This document shows positions 48,768 to 61,094 of a stretch of 64,000 nucleotides of DNA, in pieces (positions within the stretch are counted from its first letter, which is position 1; each line of letters opens with the position of its first letter). Origin of the DNA: Veleropilina oligotropha (lineage: Eukaryota). The position numbers were made by a program, and so were the translations under genes. The notes beneath the pieces were generated by a model. That model was not told where the DNA came from, did no database searches, and was given only the letters and a program-made list of their open reading frames with translations. The stretch spans positions 496,001 to 560,000 of the forward strand of contig JBEUKZ010000107.1 in the NCBI GenBank assembly GCA_048128005.1. Reading direction: 5' to 3'.

Positions 48768-48867
48768 ACACACACACACACATACATACACACATACATA
48801 CATACATACATACATACATGCATGCATACATACATACACACACATACACACATACAAACATACATAC

Positions 48868-49127
48868 GGCCGCTTCGGCAGCGCAGTGGGTAGAGTGTCG
48901 ACTCTAAACTCACTGGCTTGATTCCGCTAATGCGAACAGGAGTGGGTTCAATACCTGGCTGAAGCATTGAAATTTGTTCAAGTTATGAATCACAGTTGTC
49001 CGTGACTGGCCGAAGAGGGCGGGTTTACCCGGGCGACCGGGGTTTCCTCCCGCGATAACACGGACATGTCCTGCCTTGAACCTCGATGTTGTAAATATAC
49101 AGGACATTAAGCATCATTCCTCCTCCA
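48868..49127 (+). mobile_element. tRNA-derived SINE, full length
   Basis: A-box GGCAGCGCAGTGG, B-box GGTTCAATACC, body CCGGGGTTTCCTCCC, followed by (ACAT)n; homologous copies at 10800-10952 and 60785-61020. Confidence 0.8.
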
Positions 49128-49475
49128 CATACATACATACATACATACATACACTGTAACACACATACACACAAACATACATACATATACACATACACAC
49201 ATACAGACATACATACACACATACAAAGTGAAAGCTATATGCCCCTTCGGGACTATCGTCCTGGGGCATAAAAATATGCAAACTGAACAAGTACATACAT
49301 GATGAGACACTGTGGACCAAAGTACAAAATACGGTTTCATAGTAAATTGAAAATGAAGAACTTGAAAGTAACTTGTGACTATTGACTAAATTATAATTAT
49401 ATACGTTAAAAATGGAAATTTATTCAATGATTATGATATACGCTTTTTTGTAAACTTGATTGCACAAAAACTCAC

Positions 49476-49693
49476 TGGATTTTTGCGACCAATTCGCTCT
49501 GCCGCGCCCTGGCTTGTCGAGACTTTTCCAGCCGCTCTTCGCGCTGTGTTTGCTGCCATTGCCGTCTGCTCTCCTCCTCCAGAAACCTCTCTCTGAACGC
49601 TGTATGCTCCATTTTTACTTGTTTCTCATGAAAAGTGGAGATCAATGTATCCAAATTCAAGTCTGTCTGTCTTGGAGTCATATGCTTCAACCT
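49476..49693 (-). CDS. SPEF2: SPEF2 exon 4 (RLKHMTPRQTDLNL...ELVAKIQ)
   Basis: ttcAG acceptor and GTGAG donor; phase 2 matches exon 5 across the 34.5-kb intron. Confidence 0.9.
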
Positions 49694-49863
49694 CTGAAAT
49701 AATGGACTTATATTTCTTACACAGCATATTGCTACATAAATATTATAAAATGTTAGTAAAGTTATAAACATAAACATAAAACAAGATACATATTTCTATT
49801 TTTAATACACATATTAGTCAAATTGATAAAATCTCGATATTGAAATGAGGATACAGATACTTG

Positions 49864-52800
49864 TCTATTTCATCTGTGACGGCGGCTACTGACGACTCTC
49901 CCCTTATCTATTTCATCTGTGATGGCGGCTACTGATGACTCTCACCTTATCTATTTCATCTGTGATGGCGGCTACTGATGACTCTCACCTTATCTATTTC
50001 ATCTGTGATGGAGGCTACTGATGACTCTCCCCTTATCTATTTCATCTGTGATGGCGGCTACTGATGACTCTCGCCTTATCCATTTCATCTGTGAAGGCGG
50101 CTACTGATGACTCTCCCCTTATCTATTTCATCTGTGATGGCGGCTACTGATGACTCTCCCCTTATCTATTTCATCTGTGATGGCGGCTACTGATGACTCT
50201 CCCCTTATCTATTTCATCTGTGATGGCGGCTACTGATGACTCTCCCCTTATCTATTTCATCTGTGACGGCGGCTACTGATGACTCTCCCCTTATCTATTT
50301 CATCTGTGATGGCGGCTACTGATGACTCTCACCTATCTATTTCATCTGTGATGGAGGCTACTGATGACTCTCCCCTTATCTATTTCATCTGTGATGGCGG
50401 CTACTGATGACTCTCGCCTTATCCATTTCATCTGTGAAGGCGGCTACTGATGACTCTCCCCTTATCTATTTCATCTGTGATGGTGGCTACTGATGACTCT
50501 CCCCTTATCTATTTCAGCTGTGATGGCGGCTACTGATGACTCTCCCCTTATCTATTTCATCTGTGATGGAGGCTACTGATGACTCTCCCCTTATCTATTT
50601 CATCTGTGATGGCAGCTACTGATGACTCTCCCCTTATCCATTTCATCTGTGATGGCGGCTACTGATGACTCTCCCCTTATCTATTTCATCTGTGATGGAG
50701 GCTACTGATGACTCTCCCCTTATCTATTTCATCTGTGATGGCAGCTACTGATGACTCTCCCCTTATCCATTTCATCTGTGATGGCGGCTACTGATGACTC
50801 TCCCCTTATCTATTTCATCTGTGATGGAGGCTACTGATGACTCTCCCCTTATCTATTTCATCTGTGATGGCGGCTACTGATGACTCTCCCCTTATCTATT
50901 TCATCTGTGATGGCGGCTACTGATGACTCTCCCCTTATCTATTTCATCTGTGATGGAGGCTACTGATGACTCCCCCCTTATCTATTTCATCTGTGATGGT
51001 GGCTACCAGGGGTCGACCTTTACGGTAATCCGGTAGCCTCGGATTACCGAATTTCTAATCGGATTACCACAATCCTCTAGTCGGTAATCCGCGTGGGTAC
51101 CACATATTCTGGCCCAAAGTGTCCTGCAAAGTCCCTCCCCGTTGTCCACTTGCAACAACACCTTCCAATTTCTACTCGCCTGTCAACAAAACAAAAGGTA
51201 TCGGAGCGTCTGCAACCTGGCTCAGCAGACCTTGTATAAACAATAGCCAGTGCCGCGCGTGAACAAGTTAATTGCTATTCCGCACGTGACGACAGCTTCT
51301 AATTAAGCGTCTGTAAACCGCAAAGTGCATGCATTGTTCTTTGTATTATTTCATTCACACCCAGCACAGCCCAAATCCCCTTTGAATAAAATAGGAAGCC
51401 TAATTAAGCTTCATTACCTTGTGTCCTTTATTCAACTCTCGACAGTAAAATATCTACTGTTGTCGGACTGATCAACACGACCGCCATTGACTTCCACTGT
51501 TGTTACAGCCCAGATTCCACACTTGTCGAAGTTAATTTGGGCACTGCTCAATTCAAAATAAGCTCTGCCTAACTTTCCAAGTTAGGGCAAGTGAACTCCC
51601 GCTTGAAGCTGTGCCCAAATTGACTTGCTCTGCACAACTTTCCATGGTTGACCAAAGTAACTTTGGCAAGGAGCCTCGTTTTCAAATTTCCTTCTTATTC
51701 CATACCAATACTGCCCAAGTTGTCCATGGCTCAAGTTAAGTTCAGGACAAAGCCTCGTTCTCGAATTTACTTTTATTTCTTATTTTTTCCACTAAAATAT
51801 ACTCGAGTAGCTATTATTTTTTATCTTTATTAATGTAAATACTTAAATAAATGCTTATTCAAGCAATAATTATATTTTATATAATATTATTACTGTAATA
51901 TTGTTGTGACTAAAATTAATATGACAATTTTACACATATTATAATATTAATAATATCTATGTTGAAATGAAAAGTTAAAATATTGAGTATGGTTTTTTAT
52001 TATAAAATTAACTTATATTGTTGTCGGACTATATGTATACATAAGAGACCTTGTGTACTTATATTAATATTTCTTTTCTATACAATTATTTTTATGTTTA
52101 GCTAATAATTTAATAAATTATATAAAAATAAATAACATTAAAGTTATAAAATCGACAATAATAAAAATCGACGAAAATTTTTTTGTTATTGTGATGTAGA
52201 AACATTTAAAATTCATTATTGTATTTAAATTACGGGATACCAGTTATTTTTGCGGGATACCAGACTTGCAATTCTGGTATCCCTGCTGGGTACCACAAAT
52301 TTTAGGGAAGATCTACCCCTGGCTACTGATGACTCTCCCCTTATCTATTTCATCTGTGATGGCGGCTACTGATGACTCTCCCCTTATCTATTTCATCTGT
52401 GATGGCGGCTACTGATGACTCTCCCCTTATCCATTTCATCTGTGATGGCGGCTACTGATGACTCTCCCCTTATCTATTTCATCTGTGATGGAGGCTACTG
52501 ATGACTCTCCCCTTATCTATTTCATCTGTGATGGCAACTACTGATGACTCTCCCCTTATCCATTTCATCTGTGATGGCAGCTACTGATGACTCTCCCCTT
52601 ATCTATTTCATCTGTGATGGAGGCTACTGATGACTCTCCCCTTATCTATTTCATCTGTGATGGCAGCTACTGATGACTCTCCCCTTATCCATTTCATCTG
52701 TGATGGCGGCTACTGATGACTCTCCCCTTATCTATTTCATCTGTGATGGAGGCTACTGATGACTCTCCCCTTATCTATTTCATCTGTGATGGCGGCTACT

Positions 52801-53072
52801 GATGACTCTCCCCTTATCTATTTCATCTGTGATGGCAGCTACTGATGACTCTCCCCTTATCCATTTCATCTGTGATGGCGGCTACTGATGACTCTCCCCT
52901 TATCTATTTCATCTGTGATGGCGGCTACTGATGACTCTCCCCTTATCTATTTCATCTGTGATGGAGGCTACTGATGACTCTCCCCTTATCTATTTCATCT
53001 GTGATGGCGGCTACTGATGACTCTCCCCTTATCTATTTCATCTGTGATGGCGGCTACTGATGACTCTCCCCC
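49864..53072. repeat. 43-bp minisatellite interrupted by a DNA transposon
   Basis: Unit tctatttcatctgtgatggcggctactgatgactctcccctta on both sides of 51007-52321. Confidence 0.95.
51007..52321. mobile_element. Non-autonomous DNA transposon (CAGGGGT TIRs) inserted in the 43-bp minisatellite
   Basis: caggggtcgacct / agatctacccctg; subterminal GGATTACC/GGATACC motifs; GCTAC duplicated at the flanks. Confidence 0.8.
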
Positions 53073-53157
53073 CTTGGTTTTGCCAATAATATCGTGATAC
53101 ACACGTAACTTGAAATACAATTTATTATACTGAGCAATTTATCAATAACATACGCAC

Positions 53158-53410
53158 CTCTCTGTAAATACCGCTCTCAATGGCATTCAGTTTAGCAGGG
53201 GCAGCGGGTTTCATTGTCTCCATGGCGACTCCTGTTAAGTTGGCCTTCTTCTTGTTGGTCAGAGAAATATAGAGCTGATACATCAATCTGGTGGCCACTC
53301 CATGTTTTTCGGTCATGATATCCCGAGCAACATTTGTGTCAAATGGAATACCCAACAGCAGAAGGACGGGCTCAATCCGTGTGAAGTTGTTGAGCTTGGA
53401 GTCCGATGTT
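53158..53410 (-). CDS. SPEF2: SPEF2 exon 3 (KLNNFTRIEPVL...GVATRLMYQLY)
   Basis: Inside ORF 53125..53457; gcAG/GTGCG boundaries; SPEF2 CH-domain motif. Confidence 0.92.
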
Positions 53411-53758
53411 CTGCAAAAAGTGTGAATGTATAATTCTACAGATGTATGTAAAGCCAAATTTGAGATGATATTATAATCAATTAGAGTACATTATCTGTAA
53501 AAGCAAAAACTCTGTCAATACGCTGCCATGCATATTACAAATTTCCTTAAAATTTACTTGGTTCCCCGTAATTATTTCCTGAAGTATATAATATAACTAT
53601 TGAACAAACATATTACATATGAATATCAAAAATAATGGATGCAAATTTTAACAAAAAAATGTTGTTCTTATGGAAAGAAATGTAAAATATTATATAATAT
53701 TGTGATGCCATGCAAATCTAAGCATGCACAAACTATTTGGTGAATGTATGTTACTTAC

Positions 53759-53861
53759 TTATTTTGAGAAAATTGATCAAAGTCATCTTGAAGTTGGTAC
53801 TTATGTAACACTTCACCAGCATAGTAACCATTAGAAAACTCTCGAGCAAAAGAGGATTGAT
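53759..53861 (-). CDS. SPEF2: SPEF2 exon 2 (DQSSFAREFSNGYYAGEVLHKYQLQDDFDQFSQN), CH-like domain
   Basis: ttccAG acceptor and GTAAGT donor; 103 nt; frame continuous with exons 1 and 3. Confidence 0.9.
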
Positions 53862-56109
53862 CTGGAAAAAAGGAATATCAATATATATATATGACACTGA
53901 ATTAACATATCTCTTCAAGAGTGGGGTCCTATTAATATGTGGCAACCTTCGAAGTGGTAGGACTACAAAGCCAGGCAGAGACCAGATCTTCAGGAAGTAT
54001 TTATACATGCACAGCATCAATTGTAATCATTATTCAAGGGTGATCGTACGGATATGAGACAGAAATATTGTTGAAGTGGTATTTAAACATCATATTACTT
54101 TAGCTATCCGAGTATAACAAGTATGTGTAACCATAATATACCTGACGCTAAATTTATTATTTGCATTATCCGTGTGAACCTTACAGGTACTTGTGTATAT
54201 AAGGGAAGCCTGTGATTCGCGAGCCACACAAACAGAATATATATCATCTGCATTAATGTTACTGTTTGTCCCTTACAGGTGAGCATCATTTCTTATTTAT
54301 TTATATTATAGTAATCACACCTATGATATACATATTTTGTTTTCTTCATCTCATCCTAGTTTAAATTCATATTAACCTCCTAGCCACCGACTTCCTGAGA
54401 ACCCAATTCGACATATTTTGGAACCTATGTACAAGTTGATTAATACCATTATAATCATATCATAACATATATTACATGAAAGGTAATTGCATGATCTTCA
54501 ATTTAGAACTTTTAAATTATGCAAATAAAGTCACATGACCTCATTATATATTCAAAATGGCCGCCATCATGATCAAGTATTCTGATATTTTCAACTTTCA
54601 ACACTATATTCTTATATTTATTCACATATCATGTTGTAAATCTTTTATATTCAGATAGTATATTCAATTTGCTACATGTAATTTATTATGCGTAGATAAT
54701 TTTGATGTTCGCGTTGCTGTATTTACCTTCGCGAGGCACAAACAGAATATATTTCATCTGCATTACCTGCATTAATGTTACTGTTTGTCACTTACAGGGA
54801 ACCGCTGAATGTGGGGTATAAATAATCTTATATCCAATCTAATTGTCATTCTACTGTTCCCCTAGAGCGAAAGGCCAAACCCATATTATTTTAAATAACA
54901 CCCGGTTTAAGCAGCCATCAAGGATGTTACATATATGTATAGGACGAAATTGCATAATATGAATACTTCATATGCTGGCATATAGTGATGCTTGGCGATG
55001 CATCATGCCCATACCCAACAATATTTCAGACATAATAATAGCCTGCCTCTGTTATCCCTGAGGCTGTGAAAATCCACATAGCAGAACTCAAGTAAATACA
55101 TAATGATGCATTAATATTTAGTATTAGTATTCTTATGTATTTATTATCGCATAAACACCATCAGAAATGATAGCCTATTTAATCATATGCAATCAAATAC
55201 AAATTTATCGATAATTCTAACGAGCATGAAGCACTAGCTCTTATTGATTAACACGTGTGTAGAAAATAATGAATTCTCAACAAAATTGACAGGAGTATTA
55301 GTACAAACAACATAATCCTGTCGCGCATATATGGATGCCTAATAAGGCCCTGCGACGTATCAATCCTGAAAATCGAATAGGCCTACAATATAAACAGGAA
55401 ATTCAAAATCTGGGCTTTCTATTAACTGGGGTTGATTTTGCAAAACTAAGACCTTGTTCGGTTATGGGTAATATATCACAGAATATATTATTCATTTTCA
55501 AGAGTGTCAAGCGTGAAGCTCTTGCACATAAACATGCTTGCGACAGGCGCTACTACACGCCTGTCATAATTAAGCAACGACTTCTGCTGAAGTTTAAATA
55601 TTCAAATATCGTAAATCTTTATATTCTACGCGGTGACGTCATTGAGCTACATTTAAAACTCTATCTTGAATGTCGTCTTGGCAACCTTAATTTTAAAGAT
55701 CGGAGTGGAATTTACCGAATCAAACTAAGTTCAAGAGACATTGGGCCAATATAATTATGTCAAGAAACAGTTATGTAGTTTGGAGAAGGATAGCATTTCT
55801 ATTAAATATTACTTTCAAACTTTGTATTAATGATTATATTTTAATTATCTGTCCATATATATGCTATATCTGAGTGCTCGTTTCTTGGTAGCACCTAAAC
55901 CTTATTGCCAAAAATCACAACACAGTTGCCTAAGGTGGGCACGGTTGACTCTAACATACAAGAAGCTTTTGCAGTTTATGGTAATTTTAGTATGACATTG
56001 AAATAATTGTTGACACTTTACCAACTTTGACACTTTAAAATTTAGCTGGATTCATTTGGTCTTACAAAAGTAAATCGGGAAATCATCTGATAGTGACACA
56101 CTCGACTGA

Positions 56110-57391
56110 TACTCCTATAACATATGAGACCGGGTTGACGTGCCTTTCATACCCTACCTCATATATCCGAAACACCTTTTATGACGAGCAGAATATTCGG
56201 CGGTGAGAAATTTTAGCTCAGCCGTTAGAGTTACTCCAACAACGTTAGAGCCTGCTATAGTTCCTAATTAGACTCTGAGTCTAACGGCTGAGCTAAAATT
56301 TCTCACCGCAGAATATTCTAATGGTGAAAATCACGGCCCGTGGCGAAAAATACTAAATTTCAATAAAGTAACTACAGTTTATCACTTACTTGCATTGATA
56401 TATGTTCCTTTATACCAAATAACACTGATAAGCTACTTTGGAACACAAAACGGACGGTTTAACTTTTACAATGTAAACAAAAGACGGTCGCCATTTTGTG
56501 ACGTTAGCATTCGTTTGACGGTTAAACATTGACCAATAATGCGGGCTGTGATTTTCACCATTAGAATATTCGGTGGTGAGAAATTTTAGCTCAGCCGTTA
56601 GAGTTACTCCAACAAAGTTAGAGCCTGCTATAGTTCCTAATCAGACTCTAACGGCTGAGCTAAAATTTCTCACCACAGAATATTCTAATGGTGAAAATCA
56701 AGGCCCGTGGCGAAAAATACTAAATTTCAATAAAGTAACCATTATAATATTCGGCGGTGAGAAATTTTAGCTCAGCCGTTAGAGTTACTCCAACAACGTT
56801 AGAGCCTGCTATAGTTCCTAATCAGACTGTAACAGTTGAGCTAAAATTTATCACCTCAGTTCATATTCTAATGGTGAAAATCACGGCCCTTGGCGAAAAA
56901 TACTAAATTTCAATAAAGTAACTACAGTTTATCACTTACTTGCATTGGTATATGTTCCTTTATACCAAATAACACTGATAAGCTACTTTGGAACACAAAA
57001 TGAACAGCTTAACTTTTACAATGTAAACAAAAGACGGTCGCCATTTTGTGATGTACGTTAGCATTTCGTTTGACGGTTAAACATTGACAAATAATGCGTT
57101 TTATCATACATTATGACAACAAAATCACTAAAAACTACCGGTAACAGATATGTATATATTCATGCATATTTATACAATTTAAGTATTTACTGTTTGTTTC
57201 ACTGTATTTTTAATTAGTAATTTGCTCAAAAGCCGTTCCCGACGAAATCCGTCGAGAACCTGCTCGTCATAAAAGGTGCTTCGGATATATGAGGTAGGCT
57301 ATGAAAGGCACGTCAACCCGGTCTCATATGTTATAGAAGTACCGTTAGAGTATGATTAGGAACTATAGCATGCTCTAACGTTGTTGGAGTA
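56110..57391. mobile_element. Complex foldback element with TACTCC/GGAGTA ends and a 10-bp flanking direct repeat
   Basis: ACTCGACTGA at 56100-56109 and 57392-57401; ~80-bp inverted repeats at 56110-56190 and 57260-57341; three internal palindromic units. Confidence 0.7.
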
Positions 57392-57409
57392 ACTCGACTG
57401 ACAGCTTAC

Positions 57410-57467
57410 CAATTTTCTTGGACAACTTTAGCTCCTCATTGAGCCAATGACACAAAATATCCGTCAT
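57410..57467 (-). CDS. SPEF2: Sperm flagellar protein 2, coding exon 1 (MTDILCHWLNEELKLSKKI)
   Basis: ATG at 57467 and GTAAG donor. The peptide resembles the vertebrate SPEF2 N-terminus as recalled (MSEILCQWLNKELKVS). Phase 1 joins exon 2 in frame. Confidence 0.9.
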
Positions 57468-57872
57468 CTTTATGTAATAAAACGATGCACGTTATCCAAA
57501 TAAAGGTAATATCTGACTATTGTGCAGAAAACACTTGTTTATTTTCATTTACACGAGGCAACCCGCCATGTTTGATGCCAAGAAATCTCCATGGATATAA
57601 GGTCAAAGGCCAATTGTTACACTTATTTTGATTGGCTAAGGCAAATGAAGCACATTTTTACGGAAACGTTTTCGATATTATCTAATATTTATTTTTGACG
57701 AACTCTCAAATGAGATAATAAAAGACGTGATACGCGGTCAATATACGCAACATATTTACTATTTTAATTCATTTGAGTCTATTTGTCAATGTCGTAAATG
57801 TTATTAACCTGCCGAAAAAAGATCCGTTCTAGGAAGTTTGAAGATTTACCGAAGCAGGTTCTCGAACTTAAA
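57468..57872. promoter_or_regulatory. Putative bidirectional promoter and 5'UTR region shared by SPEF2 and EIF2D
   Basis: 405 bp between divergent ATGs; reverse CCAAT (gattggc, about 57630), YY1-like CGCCATGTT (about 57564), degenerate X-box ATCTCCATGGATAT (57585-57598). Confidence 0.55.
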
Positions 57873-57928
57873 ATGTTTCAAAAGCCATTTAGAGTTAAAT
57901 CTCAAACTGCGATCAAAGGATCAGATAG
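57873..57928 (+). CDS. EIF2D: Eukaryotic translation initiation factor 2D (ligatin), exon 1 (MFQKPFRVKSQTAIKGSDR)
   Basis: Closely resembles the eIF2D N-terminus as recalled (MFAKAFRVKSNTAIKGSDR); AG|GTATT donor. Confidence 0.9.
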
Positions 57929-58395
57929 GTATTAAGTTTTTTTTTTTTTGGGGGGGGGGGGGGGGGTAATAAACAACACTGGTAATGCAGATCGACTACC
58001 AAACTAACTTGCCCAAATAAAGGGAGATAATTCAAAGTTTTACTATGTCTGCATGTTTGTCTAACTAATGGATGTTGATCAAATATCTGTGACCACGAAA
58101 GAGTCGGTTACTTTTTAGCAATTTATGTTGAATATTAACAAGAGTTTTCAAGTGGTATAATGTCTGGAAAACATAAATGGGGTGGTGTGATACGAATTAA
58201 AGTTAAATCTTGTAACTAATAGAAGGATCAATGGATTAAAAACAGTTCACCAACTTTTGAAAGAAGACGACAAATCAAGGCTTCTTAGAGAACGGTACAG
58301 AGTAGGAAGCATGTAGGCTTTTAATGCACTGTCTGTTTCTGCCAACCAGTTAATAGTTTCCTCTGAGACCAGGCCATTCAACAGCATCACGTTAC

Positions 58396-59418
58396 CAGGC
58401 CTGCACAAATTGCACGAACGATCGTTTCGTTCGTGCGCCGGTTAAGCAAATTTAAATGGGATGAACGAAATTCCGTTCGTGCAAGATATTGTATAATAAA
58501 TTGTTCCTTAATAAATATATACATTACATAACTATTTGTTTTGTTTATTCCACAATTGTTACTTGCTAAATTGCAATATTATGCTCACTGTGTAGTAAGT
58601 AGCTATAGTTAAACACACACGGACATTATAAATTCAAATGGACGCGACTTCATTTGTCAAGGGAAGTAATTTAGGCAGTGAATCTGAATCAGAACTTGCG
58701 CGTATTGCGCATGTACCAGATGACAAAATTGCCAAAAATAGACACCATTCCGGGATTCCCCAGTGATAGACATCTTGTTAGCCAATGAAAACGACAGAAA
58801 TGAAATGCTGAACACAATCGGAAAACTTCGATGTTCATGGTAAAAAACATAACCCTTGCCACGCGGTTGGTCGTCCAATACACTTGCTAATTAAATTGTT
58901 AGTTACAATTGTTTACTGTGGCAAATTTATTATTTTATGACCTTTGCAACAAGAAAGATTCCAGGCTGACGACAGCAAACGCAAAATACTTCAAGCGCAC
59001 GTGAACGGCAGTTGGGTTAATGAAAAGCGGATCGGCAATAGGCGGTTGCATGAAACATTTGGATCAGAAAAAATGCGAAATGATAAAATGACAAATAATG
59101 TCGTTGGGCTCAAAATGCTAGGTTCCACTGATTGCCGTAAAGCAGATCACTTTTGAATGGACAAAAATTAAATGAAAAGTAATATTTTTATATTCATAAT
59201 ATTGTAAGACAATTTTCAAGTTAGGAGCAAAATGATCGTGGGTTAAATTTTAACTTTTTACACTGTAATAATGAATGTGGCAGGTAAATTGGAGTCAGTG
59301 ACTTTGAAAACAATGTTCAAATGAAAACGGGTTAAGCAAAGAAAATGGGTTAAGTGAAAAAAATTTGCTTAACCCATTTCCAGGTTAAGCAAATTTTAAT
59401 TTGTGCTGTGCAGGCCTG
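58396..59418. mobile_element. Non-autonomous DNA transposon with CAGGCCTGCACA TIRs and a 6-bp TSD
   Basis: Perfect 12-bp TIRs; CGTTAC at 58390-58395 and 59419-59424. Confidence 0.88.
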
Positions 59419-59498
59419 CGTTACGTAACGTGGGAATGTATATATAAGACAAGTGCTTGTTCAATTGGATTGCATAAAATGTGATTCTATGAGATGCA

Positions 59499-60219
59499 GA
59501 CGTTTCGTCAAATTCCCGTTTCGTCAGACGGTTCGTCGAATTGTGGACGTTTTCTTACGCCGGTTGGAAAAAATCAGCCGCAGCTCTCTCTTTGATCTGA
59601 AAGATATATATATATATTATTATATATATATATATACTGTATATATAGTCCCGAATATATAATAAATATTATAAATATATAATAAACAAATTGACATGTG
59701 CGTGATATTACAACGAAAATGTTCATAAGACTGCAAAAGTACTTACCTTGACGCTCATGCTGGCTACGATGTCTTGACCTGGGGACATTTGTCGGACTGA
59801 AAAAAACCTTTATCACCGAACCGCCGTGACAAGGGGACCGGATCTCGACAATAAATAAATATTGCTATTTTATAATCAACTTTTATGAAGATGACTTTTG
59901 GTCTTTTGCATTCAAACTACGATTATCTCTTTTTAGGATACGCGCACATAGCATAGACAACATGATATTCTACCTTGTGTATACAAGTATATATGAAATA
60001 AAATATATCTAATATATCTATATGTGTGTATATATGTCATATATGAGGCATTTTCTTTATTCAACGTTGTAAATAATAGTTTGCGTGTGCGTCTTTTATT
60101 GTCCCTTTATGGATTTTTTATTTGACTAAACGGTTCGACGAAACGGTCATTCGACGAAACGTCTGCTGAAAAATTCGACGAAACGACATTCGACGAAACG
60201 GAAATTCGACGAAACGTCC
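59499..60219. mobile_element. Foldback-type MITE with TTCGACGAAACG-unit inverted termini
   Basis: gacgtttcgtcaaattcccgtttcgtc is the near reverse complement of gacgaaacggaaattcgacgaaacgtc; no TSD recognised. Confidence 0.65.
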
Positions 60220-60269
60220 GTCATTCAATTCTACGCTTAAAACTAATTGCAAATGTGTGTAATTTGTAG

Positions 60270-60460
60270 GAAAAAGCTTCGAGCTGAGGTTGGTAAACTT
60301 TTTACTACGTTTACTGTGGATGAGTTGACAGAAGTGATCCCGATGAAGGAGGATATGAGCGTAGTCAAGATTTACACGCACTATGGAGACAATGCACTTA
60401 TATACTGCCTGCAGAGGAACCCGATATTCTTTGAACTGAACCGGCGTCTGTATCCTACTG
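60270..60460 (+). CDS. EIF2D: EIF2D exon 2 (KKLRAEV...NPIFFELNRRLYPT), pre-PUA domain
   Basis: tgtAG/GTACG boundaries; LYPT motif; in phase with exons 1 and 3. Confidence 0.9.
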
Positions 60461-60784
60461 GTACGATATTATCATTGAAGTGGTTCCTATTAAATGAAGA
60501 TATTTGGTATAACATTTCCATAAATTCTATGCCTGCCATATCTTAAAACTGTCAAAATATTAACGGATTCCTTATTCTTGCATTGAATCGACGTCGTGTG
60601 AAGTAAACATAGTCATAACCAAATCCACATGACTGAGTCAGAGTTTTGAACTGATTTCTGGCCAATAGGTTTAGGAATTATTCAATAAATATTGTTGTTT
60701 CTTGTATATCTAGGTTCATTAGCCTAAATTCCTTTGTATAATAAGGGGTAATAGTTAATAAGTGTTATCTCCCTTTGAGGGGGC

Positions 60785-61020
60785 TGCACTGGTAGGCGTG
60801 TGGTTTCGAGTGCTTACTCTGAAATTACTGGCTCGATTGCGCTAAACAACAAATCTCGGTTGGGGAACTAACATTCTTTGTTCAGTTATCATTCGCAGTT
60901 GTGCCCATAACTGTCCGGAGAGGGTGGGCTTCCCCGGTGACTAACGCAATAAGATGGACATGTCCTGCCTTGATCTTAAAGGTTGTAAATATACACGTAG
61001 CAGGACATTAACCCAATCCC
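60785..61020 (+). mobile_element. Diverged copy of the tRNA-SINE family
   Basis: Shares ggacatgtcctgccttga...gttgtaaatatac...caggacattaa with the 48868 SINE. Confidence 0.6.
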
Positions 61021-61094
61021 TTTGAGGAAATGTTAATAACATTTTTCGGTGCATTGCATTTATTTAGTACTGTATATATATGCATTTGTTACAG

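Larger units (their letters stand above)
39170..49273 (+). repeat. HINE-like diverged tandem-repeat element(s), host of DIRS C and a SINE in the (ACAT)n tract
   Basis: Same repeat family as 15966-26441; 3' hairpins at about 40100-40132 and 49238-49273; (AC/ACAT)n split by the insertions. Confidence 0.6.

Noticed and set aside
11525..53072. 37-, 43- and 56-bp periodic arrays as CRISPR-like loci
   Set aside because: Units are contiguous with no unique spacers, there are no cas genes, and the context is eukaryotic introns; these are minisatellites
54226..54800. Direct repeat (cacaaacagaatat...ttactgtttgtc.cttacagg) as LTRs or exons
   Set aside because: Short, no TG..CA ends or internal coding, and the acceptor-like motif is on the strand opposite SPEF2
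55335..55754. 139-aa plus-strand ORF in SPEF2 intron 1
   Set aside because: No recognisable domain or exon context; probably chance or decayed repeat
57938..57966. Poly-T followed by poly-G run as a G-quadruplex regulatory element in EIF2D intron 1
   Set aside because: Simple homopolymers of unreliable length with no supporting evidence of function
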